64,000 nucleotides of DNA from Candidatus Aminicenantes bacterium (GTDB taxonomy: Bacteria > Acidobacteriota > Aminicenantia > Aminicenantales > UBA4085), in NCBI GenBank assembly GCA_026393855.1, contig JAPKZJ010000071.1, positions 12,567 through 76,566 on the forward strand, read 5' to 3'. Under the pieces are notes generated by a model. That model was not told the DNA's origin. It worked only from the letters and a program-made list of their open reading frames with translations, and did no database searches. The position numbers were made by a program, and so were the translations under genes. Position 1 is the stretch's first letter; each line of letters starts with the position of its first letter. This document shows positions 1 through 9,511 of the stretch, piece after piece.

Positions 1-2
1 TC

Positions 3-917
3 TTCATCTGCCAGATCGGCCTGGCCTTCGGCCAGCCGTTCGTTCTGGGAGCCATCACCACCCTGGCCGCACGCTGGTTTCCGGCCAAAGAGCGGGCCAC
101 GGCGGCCGGCCTGGGCACGCTGGCCCTTTACCTCGGCCCCCTGGCCGCCATGTTCCTGACTCCGATGCTACTCGTCCGGGTGGGCATGGTCCGGATGTTG
201 ACGATCTACGGCATCGCGGCCGCCGTTTCGGCCGTCCTCTTCCTCCTGCTGGCCCGCGACCGCCCACCGACGCCGGTCGGCCGGGAGGAGCGGGCCCTGA
301 TGTTCGACGGCCTGCGCTCGATGATGAAGCGGCGGGATTTCCTGTTCCTCCTGGGCATCTTCTTCATCGGCCTGGGGCTGTTCAACTGCGTCTCGACCTG
401 GATCGAGGATATCGTCCGCCCCCGCGGCTTCAGCATCGCCCAGGCGGGCCGGGTCGGCGGCCTGATGCTCATCGGCGGCATCCTCGGCGCCGTGATCATG
501 CCCCTTCTCTCAGATAAGTTTCGCCGACGCAAGCCGTTCATCATCCTGGCCGTGGCCGGCCTCCTGCCGGGCCTTCTCGGCCTGACCTTCGCCGCGGATA
601 TCCGGCTGCTGATGCTGTCCGGGTTTTTCGTCGGCTTCTTCCTCTTGAGTGCCGGGCCGATCGGCTTCCAATACGCGGCCGAGATCACCCACCCGGCGCC
701 CGAAGGAACTTCGAACAGCCTGCTCCTTGTCTCCGGCCAAATCTCGGGCATCATCTTCATCCTGGCCATGGATGCCCTCAAGAACAAGGCCACCGGCTCG
801 ATGACGACCTCGCTCCTCGGGCTGGCCGGCCTGGTTGCGGGCGCCATCCTGCTGGCGCTGTTCCTGCCGGAATCGCCCGTCTGCCGGGAGGCCCAAAAGA
901 TCGACCCCCTGGGCTGA
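3..917 (+). CDS. MFS transporter, C-terminal part (5' end outside the window)
   Basis: The reading frame is open from position 3 and contains an ARWFPAKERA-type MFS signature. It continues into ORF 150..917, which has multiple hydrophobic TM stretches (GLMLIGGILGAVIMPLL, FILAVAGLLPGLLGL). Confidence 0.7.
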   Translation, partial: FICQIGLAFGQPFVLGAITTLAARWFPAKERATAAGLGTLALYLGPLAAMFLTPMLLVRVGMVRMLTIYGIAAAVSAVLFLLLARDRPPTPVGREERALMFDGLRSMMKRRDFLFLLGIFFIGLGLFNCVSTWIEDIVRPRGFSIAQAGRVGGLMLIGGILGAVIMPLLSDKFRRRKPFIILAVAGLLPGLLGLTFAADIRLLMLSGFFVGFFLLSAGPIGFQYAAEITHPAPEGTSNSLLLVSGQISGIIFILAMDALKNKATGSMTTSLLGLAGLVAGAILLALFLPESPVCREAQKIDPLG

Positions 918-954
918 TCGCCGGGCCGCCCGAAACGGGGCTTGAATAATGAAT

Positions 955-1293
955 CATCTCTCGATTTCGGGGAAGGTAAAGCGGTCCGGAGTGTCGGCCA
1001 ACGGCGAAATCGCGAGGGCCTAGCCTTTTTCCACCTCTCTCCGAGGGTAGCCAACCCTCGCGGGGACTGTCGCAACGACGTCCCGACAAGGACTGCGAAG
1101 CGCTGCAGCCGCCGGAGGATGTTTGAGCATGCATCCATCATGGGGAACGCGATGAAGTGGGTGGGCAGGTGGATTCGAGTGAATAAACGTGCGGAGTTCC
1201 GGAGGCGCCGAGGAGATCGGTGGGAAAAGGCGTTAAAGGCCCGAAGCCGCCGGGACGACGCTCCGGACCGCTCCCCCCGAAATCGGGAGATGG
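955..1293 (+). repeat. MITE-like intergenic repeat, copy A (rearranged module order)
   Basis: 5' end CATCTCTCGATTTCGGGGAAGG and 3' end CCCGAAATCGGGAGATG form an inverted pair. Contains the modules GGCCAACGGCGAAATCGCGAGGG, CCTCGCGGGGACTGTCGCAACGACGTCCC, GGACTGCGAAGCGCTG, TTTGAGCATG and GTGCGGAGTTCCGGAGGCGCCGAGGAG, which are shared with five other loci in the window. Confidence 0.6.
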
Positions 1294-1360
1294 GCCTTTT
1301 TTCATCCCGGCCCGGCTTGTGGTATCATCATCGACCGATTCGGAGAAAGGACTGAAGGAC

Positions 1361-3520
1361 GTGCAAATCGCGGAACGATTGGTCAAGGAATTCAACGCCG
1401 GCGCCGGCCAGATCCAGGCCACCCTGGCGCTTCTCGACGAGGGGGCGACCGTCCCCTTCATCGCCCGCTACCGCAAGGAGCGAACGGGCAACCTGGACGA
1501 GACGAAGCTCCGCGACATCGCCCATCGCTATGCCTACTACAAGGAGCTCGAGGCCCGCAAGGAAACGATCCTGGCCTCGATCCGCGAGCAGGGCAAGCTC
1601 ACGCCCGAGCTCGAGGCCCGGATCGGCGAAACGGCCGACAAGACCGAGCTCGAGGATCTCTACCTCCCCTTCAAGCCCAAGCGAACCACCCGGGCCTCCA
1701 AGGCCCGCGAAGCCGGACTGGAGCCGCTGGCCCGCTGGCTGGCCGACCTGTCCGAGCCCGAGGCGGACCTCAACGCCGAAGCCGAGAAATATCTCAACCC
1801 CGAGAAGGGCCTGGAAACGGCCGAGGCCGCCCTGGCCGGCGCCTGCGACATCCTGGCCGAGGAATGGTCGGATGATGCCGACGCCCGCAAAGAGCTGCGA
1901 ACGCTAGCCGCTGAGGAAGGCATCCTGGTCTCGGCTGTTCGCAAAGGTTTCGCCGACAAAAAGACCAAATACGAGATGTATCGCGACTACAGGGAGAAAG
2001 TCTCCACCTTGGCTTCGCACAGAGTCTTGGCCATGATGCGGGGAGAGCGGGAGAAGGTTCTGGCCCTCAAGCTCGACCTGCCTCAGGAGAAAGCCGTCCG
2101 TGCTCTTGTCTATCGCTTTGTCCGCCACCCGCACGCCGCCTCCGCGCCCCGCCTGGTCGAGACCGCGATCGACGCTTTGGGCCGCCTCCTGGCGCCCGCC
2201 GTCGAGACTGAAGTCCGGCAGGGGCTGATCGAGAAGGCCGAGAAGGAAGCCTTTCAGGTCTTCGGGGCCAACCTCAAAGACCTGCTCCTCTCCCCGCCGG
2301 CCGGCCGCCAGCCCGCGTTGGGTGTGGACCCCGGATTCCGCACGGGCTGCAAGCTGGCCGTGGTGGACGCGACCGGCAAGTTCCTCGAGAACGCCGCCAT
2401 CTATCCCAACGAGCCCCGCAACGATACCGACGGGGCCAAGCTGACCCTGCTGAAAATGATCGCCGAATACGCCATCGCCTATATCGCCGTCGGCAACGGC
2501 ACCGCCGGGCGCGAGACCGTCCAGTTCATCCGCGAATCGCTGGACGAGCTGCCGGCGGGCCGAAGGCCGGCCGTCGTCGTGGTCAATGAGGCTGGGGCCA
2601 GCGTGTACAGCGCCTCCGAAGCGGCGGTGCGGGAATTCCCCAGGCTCGACATCACCATCCGGGGGGCCATCTCCATCGCCCGCCGGCTGCAGGACCCTCT
2701 GGCTGAGATGGTCAAGATCGAGCCCCGCTCGATCGGCGTCGGGCAATACCAGCACGACGTCGAGCAGACCGGTCTCAAGACCGCTCTCGACGAAGTCGTG
2801 GAAAGCTGCGTCAATTCGGTCGGCGTCGACCTCAATCTGGCTTCGGAGGAGCTGCTCCGCCACGTCTCGGGGCTGAATAAGGCGACAGCAGAAGCTGTTG
2901 TCCGGCGCCGCAACGAGAGAGGCCCTTACGCCGCGCGGGCCGAGCTGATGGAGGTCAAGGGGCTGGGCGAGAAGACCTTCGAGCAGGCGGCAGGGTTCCT
3001 GCGCATCCCGGGCGCCGCCAACCCCTTGGACGGCTCGGCCGTCCATCCCGAGCGCTACGGCTTGGTCGAACGGATGGCCGAGTCCCTGTCCGCCTCCGTC
3101 GGCGACCTGATCGGCAACACGGCCCTGCTGCGCAAGATTTCCCCCAAATCCTTCGTAACCGAGGACGCCGGCCTGCCGACCATCGTCGACATCGTGCGCG
3201 AGCTGGAAAAGCCCGGCCGCGATCCCCGGGCGGCTTTCAACTACGCCTCGTTCCCCGAGGGCGTCAAGGACATCAAGGATCTGACTGAAGGGATGATCCT
3301 GGAAGGGGTCGTCTCCAACGTAGCCAACTTCGGCGCCTTCGTCGACATCGGCGTCCACCAGGACGGGTTGGTCCATGTCTCCGAGCTGGCCGAGAAGTTC
3401 GTCCGGGACCCCCGCCAGGCCGTCAAGGTCGGCCAGGTGGTCAAGGTCAAGGTTCTGTCGGTCGATCTGGTCTTGAAAAGAATCTCGCTGTCGCTCAAGC
3501 AGGCTGCGGCGTCGAAGTAA
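1361..3520 (+). CDS. tex: Transcription accessory protein Tex (YqgF/RuvC-like, HhH, S1 domains)
   Basis: IARYRKERTGNLDE motif near the N-terminus; C-terminal S1 domain (GMILEGVVSNVANFGAFVDIGVHQDGLVHVSEL). A GTG at 1361 is preceded by GGAGAAAGGA. The ORF-track start at 1220 lies inside repeat copy A and is unlikely to be the real start. Confidence 0.85.
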   Translation: MQIAERLVKEFNAGAGQIQATLALLDEGATVPFIARYRKERTGNLDETKLRDIAHRYAYYKELEARKETILASIREQGKLTPELEARIGETADKTELEDLYLPFKPKRTTRASKAREAGLEPLARWLADLSEPEADLNAEAEKYLNPEKGLETAEAALAGACDILAEEWSDDADARKELRTLAAEEGILVSAVRKGFADKKTKYEMYRDYREKVSTLASHRVLAMMRGEREKVLALKLDLPQEKAVRALVYRFVRHPHAASAPRLVETAIDALGRLLAPAVETEVRQGLIEKAEKEAFQVFGANLKDLLLSPPAGRQPALGVDPGFRTGCKLAVVDATGKFLENAAIYPNEPRNDTDGAKLTLLKMIAEYAIAYIAVGNGTAGRETVQFIRESLDELPAGRRPAVVVVNEAGASVYSASEAAVREFPRLDITIRGAISIARRLQDPLAEMVKIEPRSIGVGQYQHDVEQTGLKTALDEVVESCVNSVGVDLNLASEELLRHVSGLNKATAEAVVRRRNERGPYAARAELMEVKGLGEKTFEQAAGFLRIPGAANPLDGSAVHPERYGLVERMAESLSASVGDLIGNTALLRKISPKSFVTEDAGLPTIVDIVRELEKPGRDPRAAFNYASFPEGVKDIKDLTEGMILEGVVSNVANFGAFVDIGVHQDGLVHVSELAEKFVRDPRQAVKVGQVVKVKVLSVDLVLKRISLSLKQAAASK

Positions 3521-5252
3521 CCGGCCCGGCCAGTCCGGCTTCGAATTCCGGCCGGAACTTCGCCAGCATCGATCCCACAGCCGTGGCGAAAGCGTCTCCC
3601 AACGGGCATAAAGTCGTGCCTCCGATTCCCGAGCAGAGGGCGGCGGCCAGATTCAGGTCCCCGGCCGTCCCTTCTCCGCGCGCCAAGCGGCGGAGCAGCC
3701 GCCCAACGGCGTCCGAGCCTTCCCGACAGGGGACGCAGGCGCCGCACGATTCGCGGGCAAAAAAGGCCATGGTCCGTTCGGCCAAGGCCGGGATGGAGAC
3801 CGATTCGTCCAGGACGACTACGGCGCCCGAGCCCAGCATCGTCCCCCGCCGGCGGCAGGAGTCGAAATCCAGCTTGAGCCCGGCCGCCTCCGCCGCCGTC
3901 AGAATGGCCGACGATGCGCCGCCGACGAGGACGGCCTTCATCCGGCCGGTGGCCCCCCCGGCCAGATCAATCAGGTCTTCCAGCCCGACGCCCATGGGCA
4001 TCTCGTAGACGCCCGGCCGGGCGACCCGGCCGGAGACGCAATAGATCTTCGGTCCGTAATTGTCCGCTGATCCGATGGCCCGGAAAGCCTCGGCGCCCTT
4101 CCCGACGATGAACGGCAGGCAGGCCAGTGTTTCGACGTTGTGGACGACGGTGGGGCCGCCGAACAGCCCCCGTTCGGCCGGGTAAGGCGGCCGCAGGCGA
4201 GGCTGGCCGCGCTTGCCCTCCAGCGATTCAAGCAGCGCGGTCTCTTCGCCACAGATATAGGCCCCGGCACCGCGGTGGACGAGAAGATCGAAGACCCTCT
4301 CCCCCGCTCCCAGCCAGCCGGCCGCCCGGGCCTCCGCCAGCGCCGTCTCCAAGAGACCGGCAGCCCGATCGAATTCGCCTCGAATGTAAATATATCCCCG
4401 TTCAGCCCCCAGGGCTCGAGCCGCAATGGCCAGCCCCTCGATTAAAAGGTGCGGGTCGCCCTCCATAAGGACGCGGTCTTTAAAAGTACCGGGCTCGCCT
4501 TCGTCGGCATTGCAGACCACGGTCACAGGCGCGGAGGCGGCCAGGGCCACCTCCCATTTCAGGCCGGCCGGGAAGCCCGCGCCGCCGCGTCCGCGGAGAC
4601 GGGAGGCTTTGACTTCGGCGACGATCGCCTCCGGGCTCATCGAGCGGGCTTTGGCCAAAGCCCGGTAGCCGCCGTCGCGGACATACGCCGCCAAGCCTAC
4701 GGGCTCCCCTCGGGCGGCCCGGCCCAACAGGATGCCGCATTCGGACACGATGCGTCGATCGGCCGGCCAAGCCGCAACCCGGCCGCTTCGGAGCGCGTCC
4801 AACAGAACTCCCGCCCGTTCGGGCGTGACTCGTTCGCAAAGCCGTCCGGCCACTCGAACGATCGGGGCCGTATCCGATGAACCGAGATCTTCGACTTCCT
4901 CCAGCGAGAACAGCCCATCGGGCGTCGTTCCTCCCGCCTGGATGCCGAGCCCGGCCTCGAAAGCCCGCAGGGTTTCCTTGGCGCCCGCCAACCAGCCGGG
5001 AACCGACGTGTCCACCTGCAGGTGATGGGTCCCGACCGGCCGGTCATGGTAGAGCGAATAAAACGTTCGCACGCCGAACGCCCCGGCCAGGGAGACGCCC
5101 AGCAGGCGGGCCGCCGCGGCCAAGTCCTCCTGGAGCAGCGGGCCTCGGGTCAGGGATTGAAGCAGGCTCAAGACGGGCAGGAGCGCCGCCTCCCGGCGCG
5201 GATACCGGGCCGCCAGATCCAGGATTTTGCGCTCCAAGCCGGCGTCGATCAT
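3495..5252 (-). CDS. NAD(H)-linked formate dehydrogenase/hydrogenase beta subunit (NuoE-like + NuoF-like fusion, FdsB/HoxF-type)
   Basis: NuoF signature GAGAYICGEETALLESLEGKRGQPRLRPPY, FMN/NADH-site motifs and C-terminal 4Fe-4S ESCGACVPCREG. The N-terminal NuoE-like domain has lost most 2Fe-2S cysteines (LQVDTSVPGW). The start overlaps the fdhA stop (ATGA). Confidence 0.8.
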   Translation of the reverse strand: MIDAGLERKILDLAARYPRREAALLPVLSLLQSLTRGPLLQEDLAAAARLLGVSLAGAFGVRTFYSLYHDRPVGTHHLQVDTSVPGWLAGAKETLRAFEAGLGIQAGGTTPDGLFSLEEVEDLGSSDTAPIVRVAGRLCERVTPERAGVLLDALRSGRVAAWPADRRIVSECGILLGRAARGEPVGLAAYVRDGGYRALAKARSMSPEAIVAEVKASRLRGRGGAGFPAGLKWEVALAASAPVTVVCNADEGEPGTFKDRVLMEGDPHLLIEGLAIAARALGAERGYIYIRGEFDRAAGLLETALAEARAAGWLGAGERVFDLLVHRGAGAYICGEETALLESLEGKRGQPRLRPPYPAERGLFGGPTVVHNVETLACLPFIVGKGAEAFRAIGSADNYGPKIYCVSGRVARPGVYEMPMGVGLEDLIDLAGGATGRMKAVLVGGASSAILTAAEAAGLKLDFDSCRRRGTMLGSGAVVVLDESVSIPALAERTMAFFARESCGACVPCREGSDAVGRLLRRLARGEGTAGDLNLAAALCSGIGGTTLCPLGDAFATAVGSMLAKFRPEFEAGLAGPVTSTPQPA

Positions 5253-7963
5253 GCCTCGGCCTCCCCGGCCGCGATTTTGTCCAGCCGGGCCGCACAGACT
5301 TTGTATTCGGGGATCTTGGCCAGCGGATCGAGGACGTCGAGGGTCAGCCGGTTAGCCGCTGCCTCGGCGAAGTGGAAGGGGATGAAGATCGCCCCGGCCG
5401 CGACCCGGGGCGTTATCAGCACCGCGATATCGATCGTCCCGCGCCGGGTGGACACGCGGACGATCTCGCCGTCGATCAGGCCGAGGCAGGCCGCGTCCAC
5501 GGGATGGACTTCGACCATGCCCCGCGGCACGAGCCCGGACAGGACCTCGGACCGGCGGCTCATGCTGCCCGTATGGTAGTGCTGGAGGAGGCGCCCGGTG
5601 TTGAGACGGAAGGGATAGGAAGAGTCCGGCTCCTCGGCCGGAGGGACATAGGCCACGGCGGAAAGCTTGGCTTTGCCCCGAGGGAAAGAGGCGGCGTGAA
5701 GGATCGGCGTGCCGGGATGGCTTTCGTCGGGGCAGGGCCAGCGCAGGCCTTGGCCCGCAATCCGCTCATAGGTGATGCCCCGATAGGATGGCGTCAGATT
5801 TCGGATTTCCCGATACAGCTGCTCGGGCCCGGCCGGGAAGCCTTTCGCCCCAAGCCGGGCGGCCAGGTCGGCGATGATCTCCGAATCGGGCCGGGCTTGG
5901 CCGGGCGGGTCGAGCGCTTTGCGGCTGATCTGAACCCGGCGCTCGGAGTTGGTGTAGGTGCCTGTCTTTTCGAAGCTGCAGGCCGAGGGCAGGACGACAT
6001 CGGCCAGCTGGGCGGTTTCGGTCAGGAAAATGTCCTGGACGATGATCAGCTCGGCCCGCCGAAGCATTTTCTCGGCGTGGTTCAGGTTGGGATCGGCCAC
6101 CATGGGATTCTCGCCTATAATGTAGAGCCCCCGGATCGTGTCGCCGCAGGCGGCCACCATCTCGGTCATGGTCAACCCGGGTGCGGAATCCATGGCCGCC
6201 GGATCCGCCCCCCAGGCCGCGGCGAAGGCAGCCCGGACGGCCGGGTCGGTCACAGGCTGATACCCCGTAAAGACATTGGGCAAGGCACCCATATCCGACG
6301 CGCCCTGGACGTTGACCTGGCCGCGCAACGGATTGATGCCCGTGCCCTCGCGGCCGATGTTGCCGGTGATAAGGGCCAGGTTGGCCAAGGCTCGGACATT
6401 ATCCACCCCATGGGCGTGCTGGGCGACGCCCATGCCGAAGTAGATCGCGGCCGCGCCGGCCGAGGCATACAACCGCGCCGCCGCAGTCAGCGCATCAGCC
6501 GGGATGCCGGTGATCGATTCCACCGTCGCAGGGGTATAGAAGGCCAGGCTGTCGAGATAGGCGTCCCAGCCTTCGCAGCGCGCCCGGATGAATTCGGGCC
6601 TGTGCAGGCCGTCCCTGACAATGACGTGTTGCAGGCCCATCAGGACGGCGATGTCGGTGCCGTTGCGGTGGCGGAGGTGGATGTCGGCGCACTCGGCCAG
6701 TTCGATCCGGCGCGGGTCGGCTACGATGAGCTTCACGCCCCGCCGCTTGACGGCCCGCCGGATCATGCCGCCGAAGACGGGATGGCCCCAAGTCGTGTTG
6801 CTGCCGGTGACGAAGATCACGTCGGCCTTCTCGGCTTCCTGAAGACTGTTGGTCATGGAGCCGGAGCCGAGGACCTCGGACAGGGCGGCCACCGAGGAGG
6901 CGTGGCAGAGCCGGGCGCAATGGTCGATCGAATTCGTCCCCAGGACGCCCCGGGCCAAGCGCATCAGGGCGTAGTTTTCTTCGTTGGAGACCTTGGCCGA
7001 GCTGAAGACACCGAGCGAGCGCGGCCCATACTTGCTCTTGATCTCGGCCAAGCGGGCCGCCGCAAAGGACAGCGCCTCTTCCCAGGTCGCCGGCCGCAGC
7101 TCGCCGCCCTGCCGCAGGAACGGTGTCGTCAGGCGATCGGGCGAGGCGACGTAATCGAACCCGAAGCGGCCCTTGACGCAGAGCATACCGCGGTTGGGCA
7201 GCCCGGCCGCGCCGTCCTCGACCCCTTCCGACCACATCCAGCGATTGTCCTTGACCCGCAGATCGATGAGGCAGCCGACGCCGCAGTACGGGCAGACGAC
7301 CCGGTGCGCCTCGGTCTCCCAAGGCCGCGCCTTCCCCCGAGCCCGCTTGTAAACCAAGGCCCCGACCGGACAGACCTGGACGCACTCGCCGCATTGGACG
7401 CAGGTAGACCCGCCCATCGGTTGGCCGTCGTCGCAGACAAGCCGCGACCGGGCCCCGCGGCCGGCGAAGTCCAGCACTTCGTGAAGGACATTCTCCCCGC
7501 AGGAGGCGACACAGCGGCCGCACAGAATGCACTTGTCGAGGTCGCGGATGATGCCCTCGGAGGATTCATCGGGAGGCTCTTTGTCCCGGCCCGTGAGGAA
7601 GGCGGGCCTCTCGATGCCCAGCCGGTAGGCCAGACTCTGCAGCTCGCAAGCCCCATTGGCCTGGCAGGACAGGCAGTCGTGGCCGCCGCCCGCCAGGAGG
7701 AGCTCGACGACAAGGCGGCGGGCGGCCAGAACCCGCGGCGTCGCGGTCCGGATAGACATCCCTTCCCGCACCTCCAGGGCGCAGGCTTCCTTCAGGCGCT
7801 CCACTCCCTCCACCTCGACCAGGCAGGCCCGGCAGCGGCCGGCCGCACCGGTCCGGGGATGCCAGCAGAGGGAGGGGACGTCGATGCCGTTGGCCCGGGC
7901 CGCCTCGAGGGCGGTCAGGCCCGCCGGCACGGTGAAGGAAACGCCATCGATCAGAATGTTCAT
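5249..7963 (-). CDS. fdhA: Formate dehydrogenase alpha subunit, molybdopterin-dependent, Cys-type, with N-terminal NuoG-like 2Fe-2S/4Fe-4S domains
   Basis: N-terminus: Fe-S cysteine patterns (SLCWHPRTGAAGRCRAC..., HDCLSCQANGACELQ, CILCGRCVASC, CVQCGECVQVCPVGAL) followed by a molybdopterin oxidoreductase body. Active-site region IDHCARLCHASSVAAL carries Cys rather than Sec. There is no in-frame TGA. Confidence 0.85.
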   Translation of the reverse strand: MNILIDGVSFTVPAGLTALEAARANGIDVPSLCWHPRTGAAGRCRACLVEVEGVERLKEACALEVREGMSIRTATPRVLAARRLVVELLLAGGGHDCLSCQANGACELQSLAYRLGIERPAFLTGRDKEPPDESSEGIIRDLDKCILCGRCVASCGENVLHEVLDFAGRGARSRLVCDDGQPMGGSTCVQCGECVQVCPVGALVYKRARGKARPWETEAHRVVCPYCGVGCLIDLRVKDNRWMWSEGVEDGAAGLPNRGMLCVKGRFGFDYVASPDRLTTPFLRQGGELRPATWEEALSFAAARLAEIKSKYGPRSLGVFSSAKVSNEENYALMRLARGVLGTNSIDHCARLCHASSVAALSEVLGSGSMTNSLQEAEKADVIFVTGSNTTWGHPVFGGMIRRAVKRRGVKLIVADPRRIELAECADIHLRHRNGTDIAVLMGLQHVIVRDGLHRPEFIRARCEGWDAYLDSLAFYTPATVESITGIPADALTAAARLYASAGAAAIYFGMGVAQHAHGVDNVRALANLALITGNIGREGTGINPLRGQVNVQGASDMGALPNVFTGYQPVTDPAVRAAFAAAWGADPAAMDSAPGLTMTEMVAACGDTIRGLYIIGENPMVADPNLNHAEKMLRRAELIIVQDIFLTETAQLADVVLPSACSFEKTGTYTNSERRVQISRKALDPPGQARPDSEIIADLAARLGAKGFPAGPEQLYREIRNLTPSYRGITYERIAGQGLRWPCPDESHPGTPILHAASFPRGKAKLSAVAYVPPAEEPDSSYPFRLNTGRLLQHYHTGSMSRRSEVLSGLVPRGMVEVHPVDAACLGLIDGEIVRVSTRRGTIDIAVLITPRVAAGAIFIPFHFAEAAANRLTLDVLDPLAKIPEYKVCAARLDKIAAGEAEA

Positions 7964-8019
7964 GCCGTTTCGGGTTTTGCTATTATACTATACCCTCGAT
8001 CGGAACGATCGGGGCCGAA

Positions 8020-9135
8020 ATGCTGAAAGCGCTGAATGTCCTCCTGATCGGGGCGGCCGCCCGCAAGGCCGGCAAGACCGCCTTTTCCTGCCGGGTCATC
8101 CGCAGTCAGGCCGCCCGCCGCGAAGTCGTCGGCGTCAAGATCACACCGGTCCACGGCCCGGACGAGCCCTGCCCCCGGCCCGACGGCGGATGCGGCGAAT
8201 GCCGGGACTTCCCGGGGCGGTTCCGCATCCATGAGGAACGGCGAGCCTCGCCGGCTTCCGATACCGGCCGGATGCTTCTGGCAGGAGCCCGCAAGGCCTA
8301 TTGGCTGCAAACCCGGCGGGAGCACTTGGAGGAAGCCATGGCCGCCCTCTGGGCCCGGATTCCCGCGGGCGCCTGTATCGTGGCCGAGGGCAATTCAGCC
8401 CGGCGCGCCCTTGAACCCGGACTGTTCGTCCTGCTTCGGGAGCGGAACAATCCCGAGATGAAGGAATCCTTCCGGGAGCTGCTTCCAATGGCCCATCGGG
8501 TCGGGCTGTTCGACGGAACGGAATGGGATTTTCCGCCCGAGGACTGCCGATTCTTCGACGGCGGCTGGATGATCCGCCCACTGGCCTCGGCCGTCATCCT
8601 GGCCGGGGGCGACAGCCGCCGCATGGGACAGGACAAGGCCCTGCTCGAGATCGACGGCCGCCCCCTCATCGCGTTCATCGCCGGACGGCTGGCGGAGTTT
8701 TTCGACGAGATCGTCGTTGGAGCCAACCGGCCCGCCGACTATGCTTTCCTTGGCCGTCCAGTCATCCCCGACCGCGAGGCGGGGCTGGGCCCGCTGATGG
8801 GGATCGCCTCGTGCCTGGACCGAATCACGAACGACCTGGCCTTCGTCACGGCCTGCGACATCCCGTCGATCGACCTGCGGTTCGTCGCCTCGATGCTGGA
8901 ACAGGCCGAGGGTTATGACTGGGTCTTGCCGCAAGCCGGGCCCGAAACCTATGAACCGCTGTTCGCCGTCTATCGGAAGACGGTAGTCGCACCGGCCCTG
9001 GCCGTCCTGGCTGGCGGCGGACGCCGGATCGTCGAGCTTCTCGATCGGGTCCGGGTCCGCAGGTTGGCCCTGCCCGACTCGACCCGCATCCGCAACATCA
9101 ACACCCTCGACGATTACCGGGCCTTGAAAAAATAA
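8020..9135 (+). CDS. mobA: Molybdenum cofactor guanylyltransferase MobA with N-terminal MobB-like domain
   Basis: C-terminal half: LAGGDSRRMGQDKALLEIDGRPLI (MobA nucleotide-binding motif). N-terminal half: P-loop-like AARKAGKT and IVAEGN, resembling MobB GKT and LVEGFK. Lies divergent to the Mo-dependent fdhA. Confidence 0.7.
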   Translation: MLKALNVLLIGAAARKAGKTAFSCRVIRSQAARREVVGVKITPVHGPDEPCPRPDGGCGECRDFPGRFRIHEERRASPASDTGRMLLAGARKAYWLQTRREHLEEAMAALWARIPAGACIVAEGNSARRALEPGLFVLLRERNNPEMKESFRELLPMAHRVGLFDGTEWDFPPEDCRFFDGGWMIRPLASAVILAGGDSRRMGQDKALLEIDGRPLIAFIAGRLAEFFDEIVVGANRPADYAFLGRPVIPDREAGLGPLMGIASCLDRITNDLAFVTACDIPSIDLRFVASMLEQAEGYDWVLPQAGPETYEPLFAVYRKTVVAPALAVLAGGGRRIVELLDRVRVRRLALPDSTRIRNINTLDDYRALKK

Positions 9136-9144
9136 AAAGGAATC

Positions 9145-9429
9145 TCTTCCAATCTGTGCGGGTTGGTGAGGCGGCACGGTGTTTGGCCAACGGCGAAACC
9201 GCGCGGGTTTAGACTTTTTTGCGAGCCTCTTCGAGGGCACCCAACGGGCGCCGAGGGATGTTTGAGCACGTGATAATCATGGAGAATGAGACGGAGTGGG
9301 TGATCGTGCAGATTGGAGAGATCGAAGATGCGGAGTTCCGCAGGCGCCGAGAAGAGTAGCGCAAAAAAGGCGTGAAAAACCCGCGCCGCCGGGTCAAATA
9401 CCGTGACGCAGGCCGAACAGATTGGAAGA
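9145..9429 (+). repeat. MITE-like intergenic repeat, copy B (short variant)
   Basis: Ends TCTTCCAATCTGT ... ACAGATTGGAAGA form a perfect 13-bp inverted pair. Modules present: GGCCAACGGCGAAACCGCGCGGG, TTTGAGCACG, GGAGTGGGTGATC, ATGCGGAGTTCCGCAGGCGCCGAG and GCGCAAAAAAGGCGTGAAAAACCCGCGCCGCCGGG. Confidence 0.55.
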
Positions 9430-9440
9430 AAACCGCAAAA

Positions 9441-9490
9441 AAGAAGCCCTACCCCGGCCTCCCTCGCGGAGGCCTCGGCCGGGATAGGGC
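9441..9490 (-). terminator. Intrinsic terminator downstream of blaR1
   Basis: On the minus strand: CCCTATCCCGGCCGAGGCCTCCGCGAGGGAGGCCGGGGTAGGG hairpin followed by CTTCTTTTTT, immediately after the blaR1 stop. Confidence 0.5.
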
Positions 9491-9511
9491 GGGACGGCGT
9501 CGGTCGATCGC

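Noticed and set aside
942-1355. ORFs inside repeat copies (942-1355; 9372-10019 N-terminus; 11501-11953; 15981-16670 N-terminus; 50275-50625) sharing the peptide MRSSALAGTVEATSLRGLRSAGGAE
   Set aside because: The similarity comes from 100% nucleotide identity of a 75-nt element core. Flanking coding potential differs in every copy, frames are broken in copies A and B, and no synonymous variation is seen. These are treated as non-coding repeats, although a micro-protein is noted as a remote possibility.
1220-1360. Upstream GTG start for tex giving a 47-aa Gly/Pro/Arg-rich extension
   Set aside because: The extension lies inside repeat copy A and has no Tex homology. The GTG at 1361 is preceded by GGAGAAAGGA and matches the usual Tex N-terminus spacing before the ARYRKE motif.
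5249-7963. Selenocysteine (TGA recoding) in the formate dehydrogenase alpha subunit
   Set aside because: The ORF is uninterrupted and the active-site position is an ordinary Cys codon (CARLCHASS). No SECIS-like hairpin was needed or looked for further.
4877-8026. 1049-aa ORF on the plus strand
   Set aside because: It is entirely antisense to the fdhB-like and fdhA genes, which have strong domain signatures. Its translation is Gly/Arg/Pro/Asp-rich low-complexity, as expected for antisense frames in 68% GC DNA.
9136-9160. Rho-independent terminator after mobA on the plus strand
   Set aside because: Only an A-run is present (TAAAAAGGAATC), with no preceding GC-rich hairpin. The convincing hairpin plus T-run is on the opposite strand, serving blaR1.
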